Below are positions 53,352 through 64,000 of a stretch of 64,000 nt of DNA, piece by piece. Source of the stretch: Kudoa neothunni (Eukaryota > Animalia > Cnidaria); contig OZ199838.1 of NCBI GenBank assembly GCA_964304625.1, positions 10,929,607 to 10,993,606 of the forward strand. The letters run 5' to 3'. A model generated the notes under the pieces. That model did not search any database. It saw nothing but the letters and a program-made list of their open reading frames with translations, and was not told the DNA's origin. The position numbers and the translations under genes are program-made. Positions within the stretch are counted from its first letter, which is position 1, and each line of letters opens with the position of its first letter.

Positions 53352-54860
53352 ATGTATTCAATTCAATTATATTAAATAGCTACGTATATTGTTGTACGCG
53401 AGCGTAAAACTTGACGTTACCGATTTCGCACACCTTTTTGCCACGATCCCCAAGGGAATACTTAAAACTTGTTAACGATTGTACTTTCATTTAAAAAAGA
53501 TTAAACCTTTTTGCCGAAATTTGCGTATTTTAATTATATTATTTCAAAAATAATTGATAATTTTTTGATAGCATAAGCACAACCTGGCGCTGCTTCCAGG
53601 AAGCCCTATTAATTCAACAACAATGCCTAAAACTAGGACGTGTCTCATGTGCCGATTAACACACGACCTTTTATTTGCCACATGAAGCAGAATCTTCCTC
53701 GCGTCTTTTCACTTCGTTATTCGAAAATAAAATTTTTGTACACTTGTTTAGACACCTTATGATATTATGTCAGTTTTAATTTCGTAAAAAAATATTTTAT
53801 TTGTAAGAACAAGAAACATTACAATTTACTGAGTAATCAATCTCCATTTGTTTACTATAACAATGCCATCTCAATCATGAATAATAGCGACGATCTTAAA
53901 ATATATTCAAAAGTTTCGTATGCACAAAGATTAAGATTATTATTGATGCTAGATCTATCTCAGAGTTTCCAGAATTACAGAAAAAGTTGGAAAAAATTAC
54001 CAGAACATTCCAATATATCTGGCACGACAACAAAGAATTGTTGTGTGGTTATATTATAACAAAGCGACATTTTTTTACATAGAATTCAAGAGAGGAGCCT
54101 TATGTTGTTTTATTTACTTTATAATAATTTAATTCTTTACATATTCTCAAGGTTCAACATTTTTTTAAATTTTTCAATCAAAAATATTTTGTCGCAGATT
54201 CGAAACTTGTGGTAATCTAATACAGAGGTAAAATCATTGAGTGTTTACCCAAAGCAAATACTCACAAACGGCGCACCTGATTTAATCGAATTAAAGAAGC
54301 AATAGGTGGATAGCGATGAGCACGTTTTTCACTTTGAAATAATATATTTGATCGGATGGCTGGAACAAATTATAACAAGAGAATGATAATATTAAAACTA
54401 TTTTTTTGAGTATGTAATTATAATTTAATTATTTTTAATTTATTTGTAGGAAAATTATACAATAGAGTTGTTAATATTTGACGATTATGCTTGAGGGTTA
54501 TGCTTATGGTAAATATATATTTTTTAGAAGGTCCAAATTATTGTATAATCTTAGCAAAACAAACATGATTCAAATGGGCTATGAAATCAATTCAATACCA
54601 TCAAGAAGATTAGAAGACAATATGATTTGTTGATAATGATTTTTAGTTTACATCATTTTTATGAATTATATCTTTAACTTATTCACATTTTAAAAGATAC
54701 TTATTTTTAAATGTTTCCAATCATTGATATCATTCAAAATTTACAGAATCACTAAATAAATTTGAAATATAATCGATTCAATAAATATTGGAATACACAA
54801 TAAATTCGTATAATCCATCGATCTATTCAACAATAGTAAACGATTTCATTTATATTTTAA

Positions 54861-57800
54861 ATGCTTCCAATGATTGGATGTATATGGGTATTTTTTCTTT
54901 TTACATCAAGTAAAATTAAATTATATAAAAATAAGTCTTATCCATTTTTAGCTGAATGTTTGAAATATATTTATACAAACGTTGATCATCTTGCTGACAG
55001 CCGTCTGATGTTTACCGAACTTGCAGACTATGTGTCTACAGGCACCTTCATTACCGCTACTGAAGGTAATGAAAGTACGGAAAAAATAATTAAAGAAGAT
55101 TGTGAGAACATTAATCGTCATCGTGAATGTGAATTGGGCACAACTCATGTGGATATACACGGAACTGGTGATTTATTTTTAAAAGTTATTGAAAATGGAA
55201 AGAAAAAAGTATACAGAATAAACTCTCGTAAAAAATTTTAAAAATTCATATATCTGTTAAATTTAATCATAGAACCCATTCAAAATAATAAAAAGGTGAT
55301 AATTTCGGTCAAGGATCACTTTATCCAAATTAATAAAACTGATAACACTATGAAAGAAAATCCATACTTAGAAATTTTAATGAACAATAAAGTTTTGAAA
55401 TCTACAAAACATGGAAGTGTATCTTCAATGGATACACAAAAAAAGACTATTTCTTTCGAAATAGGAAAGATTGGAACGGAAGATGCAATTTATGAGGTTA
55501 TACACGATCCAACATTACCAACGTATCAATTTAGTTCTGTATTCTCCTACGTGGATCGAACTAATGATTACAAAGTTGAGGGTAGATTAAGAAACGATGG
55601 AAATGATGAAACGTTTTATAATTTTTATCCATATAAAGATGATTTATGTTTATATGAGATGAAAAGTAATAAACGTGGTTCTACATACATTAATGTGTGT
55701 GGAAATGTTAAATGTATCAACTTCTGTAGTGATTTTCACTTCAGAAAAGTTCTTCCGGATGGTTACCAAATGAAAAACATAAAGGTAACACTTTCAAAAA
55801 CAGGCAAAACAAATGAAGTTTCTATTCCACGTAAAAATAACATATTTTACATGATGTAGTTTAATTTTTTAGCTCATAAAAGTTTTCACTCCATTTGTGG
55901 TGCTCGCTGGTTTAGTCTTTCAAATGGAGGGAAAATTGAGCAATGGGTAGATACAGGAAATGATTGCAATAGATTTAATGTCAAGCCATTTGACTACAAA
56001 AGTACACGATTGCCCTTCAAAAAATCCGGAGACCTCTGTTCTAGTGAGAAGGTTGTTCCAGGAAATTTTATTATTGAATATCTACCCCAATCAGACAAAT
56101 TCGTTTATATTTGTGAACTAAGTATTTTATTACAATGATTCAATTTTATTATTACTTTGATAGAAAAAAGATGGTTTCATTATGAGATAATAGAAGGTGT
56201 GAATATGATTCACATTTTTCATCACGATGTGCATTTTATTAGTAGTAACGCAAAATCGAAACAATCAATTGCATCAGGAGAAGAAACTATGTGTAGAGTG
56301 ATGATTTCAACACACGCAGATTTGAATTATGTAGCTGCGAATTGTGACTCATACGGATCATTGTGTTACGATCGTTGTGATGGTACCTTTGATGTGATCG
56401 GATTAAAGTCAAATGTGAAATACTTCATAAAAATTGAATCATTGGGATATTATTCCGATTTTAAATTTACTGGAACTAAGTCTTTGAAAAGTATAATATA
56501 TAGTTGAAAATAATTAATTATTTTTTTAGACGATTTTAGTCCAGAAATAAGATTTAATCAAAATGGCGGCTTGAGACAAATAGTTTTGCAGTTCAATCAT
56601 GTGAGCCAGTCTGAAATAACCAATGGATTATCTTGCCTGATTGTAATGAGAGAAATGATTTCCACTTCAAGCACCAAATATTTCAAAATATGTGGAGAAA
56701 ATATTTACTGTGTTCTACCTTGCAACGATATGGTTCATCAAGTTCCGTCAAACAAAGATTACATCATATATTCGTTAAAAGTTCTAGGAATGATGGATGA
56801 ATTCATTGATCATCAGAATATTTGTAAGGCTCATCAAATTATTATAAATCATGAGTTTAATAACCAATTTTTTAGATTATTCAAATAAAAATATCCAGCC
56901 TAACGCAGTTAAAAATAAAAATATTATGGTATTCAACAAACTCAAATATACAACGTCATCTAAAACCATTGAGCAAGTAATTCGTGAGTCAATCGAAGAA
57001 TATAATAAAATAAGCTTCAACAAAAAATTCCCGTATAAACAATACAAGAAGAATTCGGGTCCAAACGTTTCTAACATCAAAAAGAAGATGCAATATTCAA
57101 CAACTGAATCAATCAGGAAGAAGCAGCAGAGTGGATTCCTTGTAGCTGAAAATGAAGCTGCCCTACCCCCTTCACCACCTATCGAACCAGATTCACCCTC
57201 TAAACCTGATTCCTCAAGTAAATTTATTTTAACGAATGATTAAAGAAATTTTTTATTTATGGTGATAATTTTCTATATTACTTTTTTAAAATTATTTCTA
57301 ATTTTACTATATTTTTCATCTTATTATTAAATATGATTTATTTTATGGAAGGTATTCCATTTTATATATTATATTTTTTTAAATGAAAGTTTATCCATAT
57401 ATAGCCAGATAAATTATATCTAGTTAATTTCTAAAGTAATTAATGTAATTCAAGAATCTTTATTTGAAATCAGTGGAGTTATTTTATTATTGTAGAAACA
57501 ACCATATTATTTTACTATATTTTTGGATAACTATTAATTATTAAATATTTGGTACAATATTATTCATAAACATGGATTTAGCGGATGACAACCCAGCCAA
57601 CGAACCATCTCCTCCAAATATCATTGTAAGCCCCACTCCAAATATCATTGTGAGCCCCACTCCAAGTATCCCCATTCCACCCGATTCAGGTTGATATACC
57701 CATTTCTATTATAAAAAAATTTTTTGTTTCATCAATATTATATTATATTAAATGTAATAAAATTAAATTATAAAAGAATCAAATGAAGTTTTAACCCAAC

Positions 57801-58206
57801 CACCCGACGAAAAATCAACCACACCTTCATCAAGCACTGCCAATACCGAAAATTCTGTAACTCACGTTCCCCCAGGTGATATTTATTGTTTTAGTTTTTT
57901 CTTAATATTTTCATATAGATAATTATGGTATCTATTAAATTTATATCCAACCTTAGGCGATTTAAATTATTACCTAGATAACAAAAACGAAAATTCAAAA
58001 AGGAATGTTGGGTACCTAAAATACAAGTTAATTTATGGTAAATATTTTTAGGTCGGCCAATATATATGTTGGAATGTAAGTTAAAGAGTTGGATTTGTCT
58101 CTTAGTCTCATTTAGAATCGCAACCATCGTCATTCTAGTCGGTATAGTAATAGGTGTATGGACTATTTATAGAAAGCGACAATGGAAAATTATTCATGAA
58201 ATTTAG
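54861..58206 (+). CDS. Gene C: divergent family member with signal peptide, one five-exon Cys/FN3-like cassette, Pro/Ser/Thr stalk and TM helix
   Basis: Signal exon MLPMIGCIWVFFLFTS. Module MCRVMISTHADLNYVAANCDSYGSLCYDRCDGTFDVIGLKSNVKYFIKIESLG aligns with gene A TCIIYVKEKDSMNDYHPVICSENKLCVNKCSSTFTIIGLYSGVAYDIKIVPTG. Stalk exons at 57582-57689 and 57777-57875. Terminal exon IATIVILVGIVIGVWTIYRKRQWKIIHEI*, stop 58204-58206. Confidence 0.8.
57612..57670 (+). repeat. 24-bp coding tandem repeat (PNIIVSPT x ~2.5) in the gene C stalk
   Basis: CTCCAAATATCATTGTAAGCCCCA / CTCCAAATATCATTGTGAGCCCCA / CTCCAAGTATC. Confidence 0.9.
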
Positions 58207-59929
58207 AAAAATAAGCCATTACGAATAACTTATTTTATTAATTTTTAATTTCTAGATTTTTTATTAGTATTCGACGTATTTTAGTTTCAGACTTTTTTTC
58301 AGAAATATTTTTTACTAAATATACAAATTAGGTTGAACAGGTGAACAGATTTTTGACGTTTGGCGCCAATACATGAATTAATTAAATTTTTTAAATTATA
58401 ATCACTTAGATTCGAAATACATAGATATAATGCTTATTGGGGCTTTAAAATATTATAAAACTAACTCGCAAAATTCTATACATTAGATCTTAGAGCATTA
58501 ACCATTAATTGCCAATAACCTCTGTCAACCACGTCGCTTTTATGCTATGTAAAAATCCTCTATCGTCAAATTTCGATAAAAATGAAAAATATTTGATTTG
58601 AAGTGGTAGATGCGATGTATGCCACTTTTATTTTGAAAATATTGTTTTCAGATATTCAATTTTATCTATATCCAATATATTAATCAACCTAAAGTATTTT
58701 TCATAATAAAATCTCTTTTATTATATTATATTGGATAATCATAATCAGTCGTATCAGGGTAGTTGGTGATATTGTAAAATAGCTTTTTGTATGTATGTAT
58801 ATATATATATACTCATGAATATAATAAAACATCAAATTAAGGATAAAGTTGTTTAATTCTTCTCTCAGAATTTTCATAAAAAATATGAAACTCCCCTAAA
58901 ATTAAAAAATATTTATATAATATCATGGAAAAAATTGTCCGCATTTTACTAGGAAGTGTTCAATTTTCGGCTATTCAGGTTATAAACGATAAATTTAAGT
59001 CTATATTTGAGTAGTTATTTTTAAATATATATGACACTAACTGTATAATTGATATATACTAATTTAAACAATTTTAAATTAAAAAAAAAAATTAAAAATT
59101 GTTTGGAACGAATTTTATCAATTTGTGTTGTTATGAATGGTGAAAAGCTTTACGATACTCTAGTGTAGTTCAAAATTTATTTATACGTATATAAAATAAA
59201 GCTCAGACGAGAAGATGTTTAATCGATAAATTTATTAATGTCTTACTTCGTTTTGTAATATTTTCAATTAACATTATAGAATTATGGTTAATGTCCAAAA
59301 AATATGGCTTAAAATTTTGTGTATATGAGAAAAATTAGGAAAATCAATAAATTAAAAAACGAAATGATTTGAAGTCAATTTGTTTGATTCTTTATGGTGA
59401 TTCTAGCATAAAAATTACTTTTTTACTCTGTTTGTTCTAAGTAAAATGATAAAAGGTTCTAAATTGTTAGATTTTCATTTTTTTCACTTTGATTAACGCT
59501 GGGAACATCTACCAATTTAATTTTAAGAATTTTAATTATTTTTCATATAAAAAGAGAGATGAGGTACTAGTCGATGATTTTACTTTTTCATAACATTTTC
59601 CGTCATTGACACAAGCTATTTTAGCCATATTCAAGCAACTTTTATGTTCCTATGATTAATTACTATTATTAGATACATAATAATAGAAGAAAGAAAAAGA
59701 TGAATATATTTTTTTAGCTTTGTGTTTATACACCGAGGTCATTATGTTCATTTGAATTCGTCGGCTCCGCACACCAAATATAAGTTACTCCCTATTATTG
59801 ATTATTTTATTTTAAAATATAGTTACGAAAATATGAACAATACCAAACAAGCGGTGCAAGCTAAAGGTGGCTTGAAGGATTGTACTAAATTGAATTTGTA
59901 GATAAATTGAAAAATTCACTATTAATTAT

Positions 59930-62900
59930 GGCACTGACAAATTCTTACGGTAACGAATATCTCCTAGAATAATTAAGATATTACAAAACTGATTTCACTA
60001 ATGTGTAAAGCTATTTTTTATTTCCCCGAAAATAAAATTTCATAAAGTTATCTTTTTATTAAAAATTAGTGATGGATTTGAGCGCCCAATGATAGTATAC
60101 ATTTATAATTTACTTAAATATAAACTTATATGTAACGATTGGGCATGTACGAGTTTGTATTTTTGTGTGAAAGCTTTATTAGTGTAAAATCGGTACCTCT
60201 GGTACATCCAAGATACGCACGATCCTTCATTCTTATAATCGCCGTGGTAGTTTGATTAGCTGATAGAATTTGTAATTTGAATTCGAAATTTATCAGATAT
60301 ATAGTACGATTAATTCTTCATTAATTTTAATAACGTGCATAAATGACTACCTTATCTTAGAGTGCGTAAAGGCTAATGAGCAATAAATAAATAACATTTC
60401 CAAAATTTTTAATGGTTACTCAGGTGGAATAATCATAATGTTATCAAGTTAAGTTATTTTTTATAGAAATTTCTCTAAGCCCTATTTTTTAGCCTTTTTA
60501 GGAGCCCAATAGTTGTTGTCCTATTGTCTTTGGGTCTTCCAATAGATTTGACTTTTGATGGAAGATTTAAATCTAAAAATACAAATCGTAATACTCGAGC
60601 AAAAATTTCTTCGACAGTGTACTTATCGAGTTTTCTGCTGTTGGCACAAGAGCATAAATTTGACTGGACTTGGATTTTTGCGTTTCGGATGCCAAAGATC
60701 GATCTAAGTTAGTGTTATTACAGGTCTTAAAACAGTTAAAAATATGATGTTTAATGTTATTTTTCCCTCACAACTATCATTATTAATTACAAAATTTTTA
60801 AATTATATTAATTGTAGAAGCATCCTCATCTTCAGAGTAACTGTACGTATCATTACCCAAATTATCATTATTAGACTCACATTTCCCTAAAGTATTTGTC
60901 AAAATTTGTACAGCAATAAAACTAAGAGACTTATATTGGTAACTATAATGAGTTTTTCTTTTTCATGATTTTTTATGACAATCTCGAGAGTTTTGATAGC
61001 CTCTAGGCAGAGACCGTAAAAATCCCCACAGTATTCTGCCTAAGTTGACGCCAACTTTTTTGAATAGGTGCATGCTAATTTTAGCCTTTTTGAAAAAGTT
61101 TCAACAGGATCTATTTTTTAACTTCGTGATTTCTCCAACAGCGTTGAAATTATCGCAATCGTTGTTAATGAATTTTATGAAATCACATAGTGTTTCACTA
61201 AACATATCTATCATATTAAGTGCCTTTGTTGGGGAATACACTCGCAAGGCAGTTTATAAGATCGTTGATGCAAACAATTATAACGCTCGATATCTGCTCC
61301 ATCTTTCTCTGGGGTAGTTGTTATTTTATCTAATTGTTCTGATACTATGCAAAATGCTTAAGGCGTTAAATAATTGAAATATTTCTTATGGGCATCACTA
61401 GTAATTCTAGAGTCGGAAAATTTTAGTAATTCTGAAACAATCCTATTTTTTCTTTCGATCCTATTGGATGTCAAGTAATTGAAGAAATCTTCCAGAGTTG
61501 AAAATTTGTTTATGACACTTTAATTTCGCATTAATAGCCTCTAATCCATTGTTCGTTGAATTATTATAGAAGCTTTCAGTCTTACTTAACCCAATACACC
61601 ATTCGTTACAAATTGGTTTCCAGTTTTTATTGAAATATTGGCTAAGCTTTTCGATTCCAAATCCATATAATTCATTGGTGAGCTTGCAAAAACTCTCTTC
61701 AGAATCGCTATATATCATTTTATTAAGAGTAGACAAAATAGAATTCTTTTTTTCAAAAGTAATTCCGTATTTCCCAACTAAAAATTTTCATCAAAAAACT
61801 TGAATAACATGAAACTTGCAATTTATTAAAGAAGCAGATGGAAAAATCTCCTTAAGGCATCTTCGCAAGTTTTGATCTTTGTCTGTGACAGTTGATGAGA
61901 TTCTTGACGTTAACCAAGGCGCAACACCGATTATCTCATTTAATAACCATTTTATTGCTTGCTCTGTCTCTTCATAAAGAATGCAACCACTTGTTATATG
62001 TGATTGACCAAATGAATCTTGCGCTGCAGTTAAATGAAAGGATGCTCTAAAAATATATTTTTTAACTAAGAAGAGAATTAATGTTACCTTGAATCAAGCA
62101 GTTTGTAGGTTGCACCCATGAACATTATTTCTGGATAATATTCAAACATCCTTCTCATTTTTTCGTCCATGAAAAAATTCTAATTACCTTATTTTGGGAA
62201 GATAGAATTCTTATTCTGTAGTTGTAGTTTTTTGTAGAAAATTTACAACCAAATCAGTATCTTGTAGCTTGTTGGACAAAAATTCCTTAACATTGTGAAG
62301 AGACTTCCAAGACACATTTTTTCCAGTTTCTTGATTGATTCTGGATTGCATTAATTTTTTGTTTGCACCCAGTGATATCAATTCGGCAATATATGTGTCC
62401 GAAAGATCTATCTTCCGTTGGTTTGGTAAATTTGAATAGAGAGCAGCATCAACTATATGATTATGAACTAAATTGATAGATCTTACTTCTAAGCAATTTT
62501 CATCATCACTTGCTCTCAATGTAATGCTGAGTGGACATTTGGTTTTCATCGATGATTTGTTCCTTTCTCCTTTGCCAACACATTTGTAGCTCAAAACAAA
62601 CATAACGAATTTCATAATATATTAGTTGAGCGTTAAAAATCTTTCTTGAATCTCGTATTTTTAGATTGCAGAAATTTTCTTTTTCGTATTCTCTTATTTT
62701 GGTTTGTAAACTTTCAAACGAATGAAACCTCATCCCAACAAAAAAAGGAGCGCCGTTTGTTTCCATTAAGTTGAATTGCGTGTGCGGCCAAACTTATCCC
62801 TAAATTTATTCTCTGTATATAAATATTTGCATCCAGTATGTTTTAGGTAAATATTCTAAATTGGCGAGTTATTCATTGTAGTTTAATTAATATATCTGAG

Positions 62901-63503
62901 AAAACCAATTTAAATAGAAACCCCAAAACTTGAAGCTTTCAAATAGGATAGCATAAAAAGTTATAACAATTGAGACTTTGAAGATAAAACTGTTGCTTAT
63001 ATACTCAATATATAATTAAAACTAGGACTAAACAGAATTTAAGATAGCTTTAATATTTCACATTAAATTTATTAGAAAAATCTTGATATAAATATTTAAC
63101 GATTAATTTTTACAAGAACTCTGTAATATCTACAACTTAGCTCAATTCGACCCATAGTATGCTGAACGCGTTTAAAAATCTCACTTAAACTACAGCGAAC
63201 GCAAAAGGCACGTGGTACGGAGGTTGAATCGTGTAAACTAGTTTTACTACAGTACAAGGCATTTCTAAAAGTTAAAAATATTCAGATGGCTATTAATTCA
63301 ATTTATAAAAACATTATTAAGTGAGTTACAAATGTATACTATCACTGGGCGCTCAAATCCATCACTAATTTTTAATAAAAAGATAACTTTATGAAATTTT
63401 ATTTTCGGGGAAATAAAAAATAGCTTTACACATTAGTGAAATCAGTTTTGTAATATCTTAATTATTCTAGGAGATATTCGTTACCGTAAGAATAGCCACT
63501 GCC
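59930..63503 (-). mobile_element. MULE transposon (ZSWIM3/FAR1-like transposase relic) with long TIRs
   Basis: Inverted repeats at ~59930-60117 and ~63317-63503. Minus-strand frameshifted transposase: FFVGMRFHSFESL..KIREYE, KTKCPLSITL...V..INLVHNH, FEYYPEIMFMGATYKL, TDKD...CKFH and YFNKNWKPI.NEW...NNSTNNGLEAINAKLK. Confidence 0.9.
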
Positions 63504-63633
63504 TTATTATTTTATCTAATTAGCCCAATTAAAACCTTCTGAAAACAATATAAAATGAGGGAAAAAATTGTTTCAATTAACAACAAATTAAAATCAATAT
63601 ACAATAATGAATTTGGTTAATTATTTCGCTGGA

Positions 63634-64000
63634 CTAACTGTAGAAATTGTCCATGATAAGTTCATTAATCGACCAATCTTCGAACGATCCGTCAGGAAGG
63701 TATCGACGCACAATCATGGGGACAGTTTTTGCTCTAAAATAAATAATAATTTTAACTCGTAGAAATATAAGATACTTCAATTCCTTTGCAGCAATAACCA
63801 ACGGATCGGTTTCCCCTTCCAGACCGACAGTGACAGGAGCATTCATGCTAAAGAATAGAGTTGTCACAACCAATCACTGTTGGTTGGAATCATAAACGTA
63901 CCTGATTTGTAAAGCACGGGCACCAAGAATTCTAGCTCGTTCATATTTAGTCATATAAGGTGTGGTGATTCTATCGGAAATAGCTTTGGTATTTTTGTTG
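63634..64000 (-). CDS. POLR2F: DNA-directed RNA polymerases I/II/III subunit RPABC2 (RPB6), 5' end outside the window
   Basis: Spliced translation [73 protein letters not shown]; stop at 63634-63636. Confidence 0.97.

Noticed and set aside
53600-54060. Cys-containing minus-strand words resembling a piggyBac C-terminal domain
   Set aside because: Too fragmentary across frames to support a call.

Overview
AT-rich eukaryotic (metazoan-type) genomic DNA with very short GT-AG introns (mostly about 35-65 nt). The supplied ORF track is therefore mostly exon fragments, antisense shadows and transposase relics. Conserved genes recognised from motifs: PDSS2-like prenyl synthase subunit, a single-RRM SR splicing factor, ATAD3, an animal-type transglutaminase, ADAT1 and RPB6/POLR2F (truncated by the window edge). 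They are interspersed with decayed DNA transposons (pogo/Tigger, Tc2-like pogo, hAT, Merlin, piggyBac, MULE). The most striking content is a three-gene family of type I membrane proteins that I cannot assign to a known family. They are built from Cys-rich, fibronectin-III-like domains arranged in a five-exon cassette: genes A and B carry three cassettes, gene C carries one cassette plus a Pro/Ser/Thr stalk. A and B form a head-to-head ~7.6-kb inverted duplication about 26 kb apart. It is a mosaic of near-identical and strongly diverged blocks, with amino-acid-changing differences dominating where counted. There is also an unidentified, highly structured candidate small RNA with an Sm site at ~42.1-42.3 kb. 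Exon structures were read by eye, so internal boundaries and identity estimates are approximate.
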